A DNA stretch of 64,000 nucleotides, from contig JAYFMW010000008.1 in the NCBI GenBank assembly GCA_042408215.1, positions 128,001-192,000 on the forward strand, given 5' to 3'. Of this stretch, positions 19,332-29,672 are shown piece by piece. Source of the DNA: Microcoleus sp. (GTDB lineage: Bacteria; Cyanobacteriota; Cyanobacteriia; Cyanobacteriales; Microcoleaceae). How positions within the stretch are numbered: the first letter of the stretch is position 1; every line of letters starts with the position of its first letter. A program made the position numbers and the translations under genes. The notes below the pieces were generated by a model, which searched no databases, had not been told where the DNA came from, and saw only the letters and a list, made by a program, of their open reading frames with translations.

Positions 19332-20924
19332 TTAGCTAAGCATAGGCGGCAATCCTACTTCTTTCGGATCGACCAACTTGCCGCTAAAACTAATAGCTTG
19401 ATCCTCAAAAGTTCTCGCTTGGGCCACAGCTTGCCGCAAATGAGCTCGATCCATATCGTCCTGAATTCCCGCGACTAAATATACAATTAACTTCGTCGCC
19501 AAATCCTTTCCAGAAACTAGCATTCGCTTTTTGTTCGGATCGTACAAAATCCCGTACCACGCCGACTGAGGATTGTCCATATGGCTGAATCCTTCATCCA
19601 CATCGTATCTGCGAAGTTTATCGAAAGTTGATTTCAGCGAAACTTTCTTTCTAAATGTTAGAATGCCTAAAGCATTAGCTAAAGCAATTTGACCGACTGG
19701 ACGAAACAAAATATTGCCCTCGCCCCCTGGTTTCTCAAAACTAAATCGGCGTAATTCTGCTGTTTCTTCGCCGCTTTCAATTCTTTGATAGCTGGGCAAA
19801 GTTGCTAAATAATCGAACAATTTCTTAAACTCTTCAATGCCCTCTTTCAGTTCCTCATCTTCGGGACGCATGGGAATCAAACCTTTTTTTTCCGGCTTCC
19901 AATGGGGGAATTTGTATTCTAAATACCGTTCCGACATATCTTGCAGGGCTTGCAATGTTGTGAGAACAGTTGATTTGGCTGCGACTGTGGCGCTGTCCCA
20001 ATTGACGCGGGGATTTCTGTGATCTTGCTCTTTTAATAAGGGATGGGTGACGGCAATTTTTCGGGCGCAGATCGCAAATCCGTTATCCTCATTTAATAAT
20101 GCTAATTGGCCCTGACTCAGCGTCACGGCCATTAAGTTAACGTGCACAAAGATCGATCGCACCCGCCGTTGTGCTTGCTGCCGCGTTTCCCCAGCCACCA
20201 CCGCCGGAATAAACTCAATTCCGATTTTTTCGTGAGCTAAATTGTGTACTTCGTTGGGGTTAATTTGATACTCTTCGGCTAAATCGTCGAGGGTAATTGC
20301 AGCGCCGACAGCTTTTTTATTTTTGTTATATCTTTGCAGGATTCCGTTTTTAATTAAACTCATCAAACCTTGAACTCCCATCAGCCGGTGCTGGCCGTCT
20401 AAAGCAAAAATTGAAATTTTTTGAGAAACATTCAAAAGTCCTAAATTTTCGTTTTTATCAAAGGATGTGAATTCAGTGGCTGATTTAGTTGCTACTCCAT
20501 TTTTATCCCATTCATCGGCTAGAGGATTGTCTACCCACGGGGGACTGACTACTACTAAAACTGCGGGGAATTTGTGCGATTTTCGGGCTGCGAGATATTG
20601 AGTAAGGGCTGCTTGACGTGACCAATCTAAGGGGCGCTGGATGATTTCGTCGATGGTTGCGTCGTCCCGGACGATGTTGTTAGTTTGGAGGTCAAATTTT
20701 TGCCGGAAAAGTGGCATTTGTGAGGCGAAACGCACGCGGGAATCTAACCATTCTAGGGTGACTGAACCGATGTAGGCTTCGCTGTTTCCCATTTGGGTTT
20801 TTTGGACGAAAATGCGATCGTCCTTTCCTAAGTAATTATCTAATAACAGTGCGATTTCTTGGCGATCGCTATTTTCTTTTTCTAAAAGTTTGATAGCGAG
20901 GTCATCCGCTGGGTTGGTATTCAT
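19332..20924 (-). CDS. DGQHR-domain (DndB-like) protein
   Basis: QRPLDWSRQ, ALDGQHRL; divergent from dndB. Confidence 0.85.
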   Translation of the reverse strand: MNTNPADDLAIKLLEKENSDRQEIALLLDNYLGKDDRIFVQKTQMGNSEAYIGSVTLEWLDSRVRFASQMPLFRQKFDLQTNNIVRDDATIDEIIQRPLDWSRQAALTQYLAARKSHKFPAVLVVVSPPWVDNPLADEWDKNGVATKSATEFTSFDKNENLGLLNVSQKISIFALDGQHRLMGVQGLMSLIKNGILQRYNKNKKAVGAAITLDDLAEEYQINPNEVHNLAHEKIGIEFIPAVVAGETRQQAQRRVRSIFVHVNLMAVTLSQGQLALLNEDNGFAICARKIAVTHPLLKEQDHRNPRVNWDSATVAAKSTVLTTLQALQDMSERYLEYKFPHWKPEKKGLIPMRPEDEELKEGIEEFKKLFDYLATLPSYQRIESGEETAELRRFSFEKPGGEGNILFRPVGQIALANALGILTFRKKVSLKSTFDKLRRYDVDEGFSHMDNPQSAWYGILYDPNKKRMLVSGKDLATKLIVYLVAGIQDDMDRAHLRQAVAQARTFEDQAISFSGKLVDPKEVGLPPMLS

Positions 20925-21084
20925 CGGCGGTTTTTATATATTTAGGGTATTTTTTCAAAAAATATCATGTATTAAACTTTATGTCAAGGGTTGTTTTTTA
21001 AAAAATATTGTGAAATACTTGATTTATCTCGTTGCAGCCAAAAAACATATCATAAACAATATAAAAAGTCAATAGTTTTTAATA

Positions 21085-21157
21085 CCTAATTCCCATGCCC
21101 AATTCCCCATCCCCAATTCCCAATTCCCAATTCCCAATTCCCAATTCCCCCAATTCT
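21085..21157. repeat. Heptamer tandem repeat (AATTCCC)n, STRR type
   Basis: About 10 copies immediately upstream of the dndB ATG. Confidence 0.85.
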
Positions 21158-21162
21158 AAATT

Positions 21163-22274
21163 ATGTCTACTCCTTCTTTTGAATACATTTTGCCGGTCAT
21201 CCGGGGAATTCAAGCGGGCCGCGAATATTACGTTTCGATGTGCCCGGTGCGTTTTTTGCCGAAATTGTTCCCCTTAGAATCAGAAGATTTGCCGCCGGAA
21301 ATGCGGGCTATTCGCACTCTGAATCAAACTCGGATTCCTGAAATTGCTGACTATTTTGTGAGGAATCCTACAAGTTATACTTGTGGGGCGATCGCCGCTT
21401 CTATTGATGCGGATATTACGTTTGAAGCGGTGGGAAATGAGGCCCAGGAACGGAAAATTGGCCGCTTGCGGGTGCCGATGGATGCTAAGTTTACGATTAA
21501 TGATGGACAGCATCGCAGGGCGGCTTTTGAAATGGCTTTGAGGGAAAATCCGCAGTTGGGATATGAGACGGTGGCGCTGATTTTGTTTCTCGATATTGGG
21601 TTGGAGAAGTCGCAGCAAAAGTTTGCTGATTTGAATAGTTTTCAGGTGTCCTTTGGAAGCGTCGCTGAGTTTACTTTACAACCACCGGGACGATCGCGCC
21701 CGGTTGGTGAAGGCGGTGGTTAAGCAGGTTGAGGTTTTCCGCTGTTTGACTGAGATGGAGAGGGGGAGTTTGAATGGGCGATCGCACAAATTGTTTACGC
21801 TGAGTGCGATCGATCGTGCTATCATGGCTTTGCTATCGAATTTTCCGGGCGATGAAATGACAAACCGCCCTCATTCCCATCTCAAAAAAGGGAAAAAAGA
21901 GGAAGAACTTGCTCAAAAAATACAAGTTGCGGCTGCTTATTGGACTGCGGTTAGTAGTTTTCTGCTGGATTGGCAATTAGTTCTGCACAAGCAAGTTGCG
22001 GCGAGGGAAATACGGCTGGATTTTGTGCATTGTCGTAGTGTTGTGCTGGAGAGTTTGGGGGAAGTTGGGGCGGTTTTGCTGTCGGTTTTTCCTGAGAGTT
22101 GGGAGGAACGTTTGGTCTTTTTGCGGGAGGTTGATTGGTCGATTTCTAATCCTGATTGGGAAGGTGGGATTTTGTTGAGAGGGGATTTCTAAGTCGAGGG
22201 CTAGTGTTGGTTGGATGAGTGATTATTTGAAAGTTAGGTTGGGTTTGGTACTTGGCGAACTATGGAGCAAGTAA
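21163..22274 (+). pseudogene. dndB: DNA sulfur modification protein DndB, two frameshifts
   Basis: IRGIQAGREYYVSMCP, INDGQHRR; frame breaks at ~21652 (tcctttgga) and ~22182 (agaggggatt); the third segment ISKSRASVGWMSDYLKVRLGLVL ends at TAA 22274. Confidence 0.8.
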
Positions 22275-22500
22275 CTCATCAATTCCCGGAGCTAGATCGG
22301 ACTGAGGAGGGTTATTGTCAGACATATAAGTTAATTAAATTTGTGTAGACACACAATTTTAGATCGCCAACCATATAAATGTACACTAATCAGGGATACT
22401 ATTTTGCGGTATGGGCAAACAACAAAAGAAAAAAATCAGGTTTGATCGAGCCTGACATTATATCGTAAAATATTAATATTGACAATAGGAGCTTTCAGAT

Positions 22501-24180
22501 ATGATACAAACTCAACAGATCTCATTATTCCCAAGTCGCACCGTTACCGAATTAATAGAAGATATAGAATTGCTAACTGAAGAAATTCAAGATTTATATT
22601 GTCTTGACGAAATTCCTTGGGTAATTGGATATAGCGGGGGAAAAGATTCAACGGCAGTATTACAGCTAATTTGGAATGCGATTGCTAAGATTCCACAGGA
22701 AAAACGGATCAAGAAAATTGATGTCATCACCACAGACACTCTAGTAGAAAATCCGATCGTATCTGCATGGGTTCGTAAGTCTATTAAGCAAATGAATGTT
22801 GCAGCCATAGAACAAGAAATGCCCATAAATACTCATGTGTTACAACCAGAGTGGACAGATACTTTTTGGGTAGGTTTGATTGGTAAAGGATACCCAGCAC
22901 CCAGAGGTAAGTTTCGCTGGTGTACCGATCGCCTAAAAATTTCTCCATCTAACCGTTTTATTCGTAATGTTATCCGAACTAGCGGGGAAACAATACTTGT
23001 ATTAGGGACTCGTAAAGCTGAAAGCACAAAGCGCGCTCATAGGATGAAAAAAATGGAAGCCCGACGGGTACGCGATCGCCTAAGCCCTAATATGAACTTA
23101 CCAAATTCTCTGGTTTATAGCCCTATTGAAGACTGGCGTGATGATGAAGTTTGGCTTTATCTAATGCAGTGGGACAATCCTTGGGGATACAGCAACAAAG
23201 ATTTGTTCGCTATGTACCGGGGTGCTAGTGCTGATAATGAATGTCCCCTAGTTGTCGATACTTCTACCCCTAGCTGTGGTAGTTCTCGTTTTGGATGTTG
23301 GGTTTGTACGATGGTAAGTCAGGACAAATCACTAACAGCGATGATTCAAAATGATGAAGAAAAAGAATGGTTGCAACCTCTCTTAGATTTTCGTGTAGAA
23401 TTGGATGTTGAAGATAGTCGCGATCGACGTGACTTTCGGCGACGCAATGGAAATGTTCAACTGTATGAGCGTAATTTAGAGGGTGAAATAGCTATTGAGC
23501 CTATTCCCGGCCCTTATAGTAAAGAAGCACGGGATTATTTACTGACTCGACTTCTTTCTGTTCAAACTGAAATTCGTTCTAAAGCACCTGAAGATATGCG
23601 CGACATCACTTTGATAAGCAACGAAGAACTTAGTGAAATCCGCCGAATTTGGCTGGAAGAAAGACACGAATTCGACGACAGTTTACCCCGCATTTACGAA
23701 GCTGTCACCGGTCAACCTTTTGCAGACAGCCGCCCCGCCGCCGAAAGAAAACTTCTCGGTAGCGACGAATGGACTGTGCTCGAAGAAATGTGCGACGACA
23801 AAATGCACCTGGAATTAATGGCAAAACTCCTAGACACAGAACGCCAATATTACACCAAACCCCGCCGTACTGGCATTTACGCCGATTTGGACAAATGCTT
23901 TGAAACCAGTTCGCGATCGAGAACTGAAGCAATTGGTAACGCCCACTATCAACGCAACTTAAAAACAGCGGTGGAAGCTGTTAAAGCAAATCCGACTGAG
24001 AATATTCAGCAAGTCAAAGAGGCGATCGGCAAAAGCAACAGTTCTGCAAAAGACGATACCGTTGATCTTGCCAAACTGAGAGAAGAACTTGAAAGTAGCA
24101 GCAACCAAAGCAGACAGCTATCTTGGGCTGACATCAAATATTCACCTCCCAATACAGGAGGGTCAAATAACAAAGATTAG
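22501..24180 (+). CDS. dndC: DNA phosphorothioation sulfurtransferase DndC
   Basis: PWVIGYSGGKDS, DTLVENP, IGKGYPAP, RWCTDRLKI, SRFGCWVCT. Confidence 0.93.
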   Translation: MIQTQQISLFPSRTVTELIEDIELLTEEIQDLYCLDEIPWVIGYSGGKDSTAVLQLIWNAIAKIPQEKRIKKIDVITTDTLVENPIVSAWVRKSIKQMNVAAIEQEMPINTHVLQPEWTDTFWVGLIGKGYPAPRGKFRWCTDRLKISPSNRFIRNVIRTSGETILVLGTRKAESTKRAHRMKKMEARRVRDRLSPNMNLPNSLVYSPIEDWRDDEVWLYLMQWDNPWGYSNKDLFAMYRGASADNECPLVVDTSTPSCGSSRFGCWVCTMVSQDKSLTAMIQNDEEKEWLQPLLDFRVELDVEDSRDRRDFRRRNGNVQLYERNLEGEIAIEPIPGPYSKEARDYLLTRLLSVQTEIRSKAPEDMRDITLISNEELSEIRRIWLEERHEFDDSLPRIYEAVTGQPFADSRPAAERKLLGSDEWTVLEEMCDDKMHLELMAKLLDTERQYYTKPRRTGIYADLDKCFETSSRSRTEAIGNAHYQRNLKTAVEAVKANPTENIQQVKEAIGKSNSSAKDDTVDLAKLREELESSSNQSRQLSWADIKYSPPNTGGSNNKD

Positions 24181-24308
24181 CACGCGCTAGCCTGCGGTTC
24201 AACCCGAAATTTGTTGACAACCACCCCAATCGATCGGATATAATGGGTTGTCAACTAACCGCAGCATTGCCCAACCCTCATCGTTTAAATTCCGAAATTT
24301 TTACGACC

Positions 24309-24872
24309 ATGATTAATCCTAATATTCCCCATCAGGATCTTACATACAGCATCATCGGCTGTGCAATGAGAGTACACCGGAGGACACAAAAAGGTTTAAG
24401 GGAAAAACATTACCAAAGAGACTTTGATGCAGAAATGATTGAATCCGGTTTAACAACAGAAATGGAGTATCCCAGACAAATCTATGACGGTCAAGTTTGG
24501 ATGGGAATCCTCTATCTAGACCATTGGGTGAATGAATGTATTGTAGTAGAGGATAAAGCCGTGAATTATCCAATGACCGATAAAGATAAAGCTCAAATAA
24601 TAGCTTACTTAGCAGCTACAGGAGCACAAGTAGGTTTATTTATAAACTTTGGACGCAGCAAATTAGAATATCACCGCATCCTCCCACCAAAATCTGTACA
24701 AGGTTGGCAGAAACACATTCAACAATACTTGTGGAGGCCGAAAACAAGTGGCAGGGGTTGGACAAGAGGAAGTGCAGGAACATACGAAGAAACAGATGCC
24801 GAACTCCCCTTACCTCCCAGCATTCGACCCCCGAACCAGGAGGAAGATTCAACCGATGTGATTGATTGGTAG
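24309..24872 (+). CDS. GxxExxY protein (PD-(D/E)XK-like)
   Basis: LTYSIIGCAMRVH...GLREKHY...AQIIAYL...GLFINFG; probable ATG at 24309. Confidence 0.82.
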   Translation: MINPNIPHQDLTYSIIGCAMRVHRRTQKGLREKHYQRDFDAEMIESGLTTEMEYPRQIYDGQVWMGILYLDHWVNECIVVEDKAVNYPMTDKDKAQIIAYLAATGAQVGLFINFGRSKLEYHRILPPKSVQGWQKHIQQYLWRPKTSGRGWTRGSAGTYEETDAELPLPPSIRPPNQEEDSTDVIDW

Positions 24873-24935
24873 CAAGGGGGGGCGGTTAGCAACGGATTTT
24901 GTAACGGATGTAACGGATGATTAGTCGCTGATTAC

Positions 24936-25945
24936 AAAATCCGCTGCTAACCGCCGCCCCCACCAACCACCCATCCGTTAAATCCGCTACCAAATCCGTT
25001 GCTAACCGCCGCCCCCACCAACCACCCATCCGTTAAATCCGCTACCAAATCCGTTGCTAACCGCCGCCCCCACCAACCACCCATCCGTTAAATCCGTTAC
25101 AAAATCCGCTGCTAACCACCCCCCCCACCAACCACCCATCCGTTAAATCCGCTACCAAATCCGTTGCTAACCGCCCCCACCAACCACCCATCCGTTAAAT
25201 CCGCTACCAAATCCGTTGCTAACCACCCCCCCCACCAACCACCCATCCGTTAAATCCGCTACCAAATCCGTTGCTAACCACCCCCCCCACCAACCACCCA
25301 TCCGTTAAATCCGCTACCAAATCCGTTGCTAACCGCCCCCCACCAACCACCCATCCGTTAAATCCGCTACCAAATCCGTTGCTAACCACCCCCCCCACCA
25401 ACCACCCATCCGTTAAATCCGCTACCAAATCCGTTGCTAACCGCCGCCCCCACCAACCACCCATCCGTTAAATCCGCTACCAAATCCGCTGCTAACCGCC
25501 GCCCCCACCAACCACCCATCCGTTAAATCCGCTACCAAATCCGTTGCTAACCGCCGCCCCCACCAACCACCCATCCGTTAAATCCGCTACCAAATCCGCT
25601 GCTAACCACCCCCCACCAACCACCCATCCGTTAAATCCGCTACCAAATCCGTTGCTAACCACCCCCCCCACCAACCACCCATCCGTTAAATCCGCTACCA
25701 AATCCGTTGCTAACCGCCCCCCCACCAACCACCCATCCGTTAAATCCGCTACCAAATCCGTTGCTAACCGCCCCCCCACCAACCACCCATCCGTTAAATC
25801 CGCTACCAAATCCGTTGCTAACCACCCCCCACCAACCACCCATCCGTTAAATCCGCTACCAAATCCGTTGCTAACCGCCCCCCACCAACCACCCATCCGT
25901 TAAATCCGCTACCAAATCCGTTGCTAACCGCCCCCCACCAACCAA
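24936..25945. repeat. Tandem array of 18 units of ~52-55 bp
   Basis: Unit CACCAACCACCCATCCGTTAAATCCGCTACCAAATCCGTTGCTAACC(G/A)C(n); partial inverted copy at 24876-24919. Confidence 0.95.
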
Positions 25946-25956
25946 CAACATCTACA

Positions 25957-27954
25957 ATGCAATTTCTCGAACTCGTCCTCCAAAACTTCGGCCCCTATGC
26001 AGGCACACAAACCATCAATCTCCGCCCCGAAAAAGACGGCAATTCCTGCCCGATCATCCTATTTGGCGGCATGAATGGTGGCGGCAAAACCACCCTCATG
26101 GATGCCATTCGCCTCGCCCTCTACGGTGGCAGAGCTCAATGTTCCACCAGAGGCAATTTAAGCTACAGCGACTTCCTCAATCAATCAGTCAACCGCCACA
26201 CTCCACCCTTAGACGATACCCGCGTCGAATTAATATTTGAACAAGTCCAAGACGACAAATTAACCAAATTTAAAATAGTTAGATACTGGAAAAAAAACGA
26301 TATCAAAGACACCTTAAGCATTCTCATATACAGCGAAGTTGTCACCGATTGGTGGGCGGACAAAGCCATTAGCAACACCTGGGACGAATACATCGAAACC
26401 CTGCTACCAGTAGGCATATCCAACCTATTTCTATTTGACGGCGAACAAGTAAAAGAACTAGCCGAACTTGAAACCCCGCCAGAATTTGTAGTCGGGGCGA
26501 TTAAATCCCTTTTAGGCTTAGAATTAGCCGAACGCCTCGCCGTTGACTTAGAAATATTAGCCGGTCGCAAACGCAAAGAAATTGCCGGGAAAAAAGACTT
26601 AGCAGCCTTAGAAAAAATTGAAGAAACCTTCAAGGAAGTTACTGCTAAAAAAGACTTACAAATAGAAAAGAAAGGCAGTTGTCAAAACAAGTTAGACAAA
26701 GCTCAAAAAAATCAGCAACAAGCATCAGAAAAATTTATTTATGAAGGCGGGAAAATAGCAGCCGATCGCAGTTTACTAGACAAACAGTTAAACGACTACA
26801 AAACCGCTGCTGACAAATCCCGTGAAGCCATGATTCAACTAGCCTCAAACACACTACCGCTAGCCCTAATTTCCCCCCTACTAACCCAAGCCAAAACCCA
26901 AGCAGAAACAGAAGCCAGCCAGCAGCAAGCAAAAATCGCCCAAAATATTATCAAACAAAAAAGCGATCGCCTCCTCAACTACATCGCCGAAATCTCATTA
27001 AACCCCGAACAATTAGACAAAATACAAGACTTCATCCGCCAAGAAAATCAAGAACTAGAACAGCAAGCAGCCCTAGACACCCCGCCCTGGTTAGGCGCCG
27101 ACAATAACAGCATCCAGCAACTAGAAAACATCCTCAGCTACCAAATCAAAGCCCAGCAAACCACAGCCGCCGAACAAATAGAAAAACTCCAAAACATAGA
27201 AGCCGAAATCGACTTTACTGACAGACAGCTAGCCGCCGCCGCTTCCCCCGAAGCCTACGAGAAACTAGAATCAGAGGTTAAAAATGCCCAAAAAGCAGTC
27301 GCCAACGCAGCCGCAGACTTAGAATCAACCAACCGCCGCATCGAGGAATTAGACAGAGAATTAGCAAAAACCCAAAAAGAACTAGAAACCTACAGCAGCG
27401 AATACATCACTATCAGAAACAGCCAACACATCATCACCTCCATCGCCAAAGCCCAAGGCACCCTGAAACAGTTCAAAGAAAAACTCACCCTCAAAAAACT
27501 CAACAAACTCGAAATAGAAATCACCGATTGTTTCCGCTACCTTTTGCACAAAACCGACTTAGTGCACAGAGTAGCCATAGATACCCAAACCTTCAGCCTT
27601 TCCATCTACGATTCCGAAGGGAAACAAGTACCCAAACACCGACTTTCCGCAGGGGAAAAACAACTGCTGGCGATCGCATTTTTGTGGGGATTAGCCCGAG
27701 TATCCGGGAGACAACTACCAGTCGCGATCGACACTCCCCTGGGGCGCCTCGACTCATCCCACAGAAACAACCTAGTCGAACGCTATTTCCCCTCAGCCAG
27801 CCACCAAGTCATCCTGCTGTCAACAGATACCGAAATTGCCAAGACAGAATATGATAAGCTGCAAGAATTAGAGGCGATCGCCCACAGCTACATCCTCAAA
27901 TACGACTCCGCCAAACGCCAAACCACCGTCGAAACCGGTTATTTTTGGGAATAA
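25957..27954 (+). CDS. dndD: DNA sulfur modification protein DndD
   Basis: GGMNGGGKTT, FLFDGEQV, LSAGEKQLLA, IDTPLGRLDSSHR, LLSTDTEI; ATG at 25957. Confidence 0.93.
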   Translation: MQFLELVLQNFGPYAGTQTINLRPEKDGNSCPIILFGGMNGGGKTTLMDAIRLALYGGRAQCSTRGNLSYSDFLNQSVNRHTPPLDDTRVELIFEQVQDDKLTKFKIVRYWKKNDIKDTLSILIYSEVVTDWWADKAISNTWDEYIETLLPVGISNLFLFDGEQVKELAELETPPEFVVGAIKSLLGLELAERLAVDLEILAGRKRKEIAGKKDLAALEKIEETFKEVTAKKDLQIEKKGSCQNKLDKAQKNQQQASEKFIYEGGKIAADRSLLDKQLNDYKTAADKSREAMIQLASNTLPLALISPLLTQAKTQAETEASQQQAKIAQNIIKQKSDRLLNYIAEISLNPEQLDKIQDFIRQENQELEQQAALDTPPWLGADNNSIQQLENILSYQIKAQQTTAAEQIEKLQNIEAEIDFTDRQLAAAASPEAYEKLESEVKNAQKAVANAAADLESTNRRIEELDRELAKTQKELETYSSEYITIRNSQHIITSIAKAQGTLKQFKEKLTLKKLNKLEIEITDCFRYLLHKTDLVHRVAIDTQTFSLSIYDSEGKQVPKHRLSAGEKQLLAIAFLWGLARVSGRQLPVAIDTPLGRLDSSHRNNLVERYFPSASHQVILLSTDTEIAKTEYDKLQELEAIAHSYILKYDSAKRQTTVETGYFWE

Positions 27955-28239
27955 AAATTCGCCCTAAAAAATAGGCGCAACCCCTTGACTTTTTCCTGGG
28001 GTTGCGGTAGTATATATAGAATAATGGGATGGTTGCGAAAATTTTATTTTTGCCACCATCCCATTATATAGGATAAATCCTCATATAATCACAATACCAG
28101 AAACCCCCGTACATATCAAGCCCCCGCCGTGTAAAAAAATGTGAATTTTCGTCTCTTAACTTAGCCAGGAAACGCCGATCTAGAGGCTTTGCCTTCCAAA
28201 TATTAACAATAATAAAACATCTCAAAGAATTATAAACTC

Positions 28240-28641
28240 ATGGAACCACCAGTCGATCGCATCCGCCTCTCCCAAACAGGTAAAGACCAACTATCAAAAC
28301 TGAAACGATCGACCAAAATTGACCAGTGGAATATCCTCTGCCGCTGGGGTTTTTGTCGCTCGCTCGCCGAACCCAGCATCCCCTCTCCTGTACCGATTCC
28401 TAGCGACAGCAACGTCGAATTAAGTTGGGATGTTTTTGGCGGCGACATGGCCGATATCTTGATAATTGCTCTTAAGCAACGCTGCGATCAAGATAATTTA
28501 GGAACAGAAAAAGATACTCTGGCTAAACAGTTTCGCCTCCACTTGCACCGTGGTATCGGTTATTTAGCTGGCGATCCGAATCTTAAAAAAATAGAAAATT
28601 TAATTGCGATCGCCCTATCGCCGGAAAAATTAAGAAATTAA
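28240..28641 (+). CDS. dndE: DNA sulfur modification protein DndE
   Basis: RIRLSQTGKDQLSKLKR...WNILCRWGFCRSL...FRLHLHRGIGYL. Confidence 0.92.
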   Translation: MEPPVDRIRLSQTGKDQLSKLKRSTKIDQWNILCRWGFCRSLAEPSIPSPVPIPSDSNVELSWDVFGGDMADILIIALKQRCDQDNLGTEKDTLAKQFRLHLHRGIGYLAGDPNLKKIENLIAIALSPEKLRN

Positions 28642-28745
28642 ACGAACCGCTTTCATCCGCCCTCATCCGCCCTCATCTGCGGTTAAAATTCCCAAACCAA
28701 ATTAGCTATGATTAAACCAATTGTAAAGAATTATTTCAAACAGCC

Positions 28746-29510
28746 GTGAAACTCACCCGCATCGACCTCAACTCTTGGATCTTCCAAATTGGTGGCCAAA
28801 CTATCCTCGTCGATCCCTGGCTAGTCGATCCCCTCGTATTTTACGGTCAACCCTGGCTGTTCACCGCCTACCACAACACCCCTGTTGCTTTCACTCCAAC
28901 CACATTACCGCCGATCGACCTTTTGCTCATTTCCCAAGGATTAGACGATCACTGCCACAAACCCACACTCGAACGGCTCGATCGCACAATTCCTGCGATC
29001 GCCTCCCCCACCGCCGCCAAAGTCCTCAGCAGTTTAGGCTACTCCAATATCACATCTTTGGCAAATTGGCAAGAGTTTAATTATCAAGAAAAGTTACAAA
29101 TAACCGCCGTACCTGGAGCCGAAATCCAGCCCGGACAGGAAGAAAACGGCTATTTGCTTAAAGACTTAACCAGCGGCGAAACACTTTACTACGAACCGCA
29201 CTTGCCGCCATTAGAAAAAGTGAAACAGAAAATAGATACAGTAGACGTCGCGATCGCCCCCGTCATCGGTCAAATCTTCCCCTTCCTCGGACAAATCATC
29301 ATGGGCCCATCTCAAGCCCTCAGCCTCGCCCAAACCCTAAAACCTCGGTTTTTTGTACCTACAACCACGGGAGACATCCGAGCCACCGGCATTTTACCAA
29401 TGTTTGTGCGATCGATCGGCAGCATCCCCGAATTTCGCGATTTACTCGCCAAATCGGGACTTGACACCCAACTTCTCGAACCCGAACCCGGACAAACCCT
29501 CGATATTTGA
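28746..29510 (+). CDS. MBL-fold metallo-hydrolase
   Basis: ILVDPWL, ISQGLDDHCH, ENGY. Confidence 0.85.
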   Translation: MKLTRIDLNSWIFQIGGQTILVDPWLVDPLVFYGQPWLFTAYHNTPVAFTPTTLPPIDLLLISQGLDDHCHKPTLERLDRTIPAIASPTAAKVLSSLGYSNITSLANWQEFNYQEKLQITAVPGAEIQPGQEENGYLLKDLTSGETLYYEPHLPPLEKVKQKIDTVDVAIAPVIGQIFPFLGQIIMGPSQALSLAQTLKPRFFVPTTTGDIRATGILPMFVRSIGSIPEFRDLLAKSGLDTQLLEPEPGQTLDI

Positions 29511-29671
29511 GATTTGAGATTTGAGATTTGAGATTTTTTAGATTGAAAATTTTCGATTTTCTAGATTGAAAATTTTCGATTTTCTAGATTGGAGATTTTA
29601 GATTTTCTAGATTGGAGATTGGAGATTCAATCCCAAATCCCAAATCCCAAATCTCAAATCCCAAATCCCAA
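29507..29671. repeat. Inverted heptamer repeats (GATTTGA)n ... (CCCAAAT)n between convergent genes
   Basis: Visible tandem heptamers able to pair with each other; could act as a bidirectional terminator. Confidence 0.75.
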
Positions 29672-29672
29672 A

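Noticed and set aside
25219..25903. ORFs within the tandem array
   Set aside because: They are translations of the repeat in shifting frames, with no evidence of coding.
24936..25945. CRISPR array
   Set aside because: Units are contiguous with no unique spacers (variation is mainly in C-tract length), and no cas genes are in the window.
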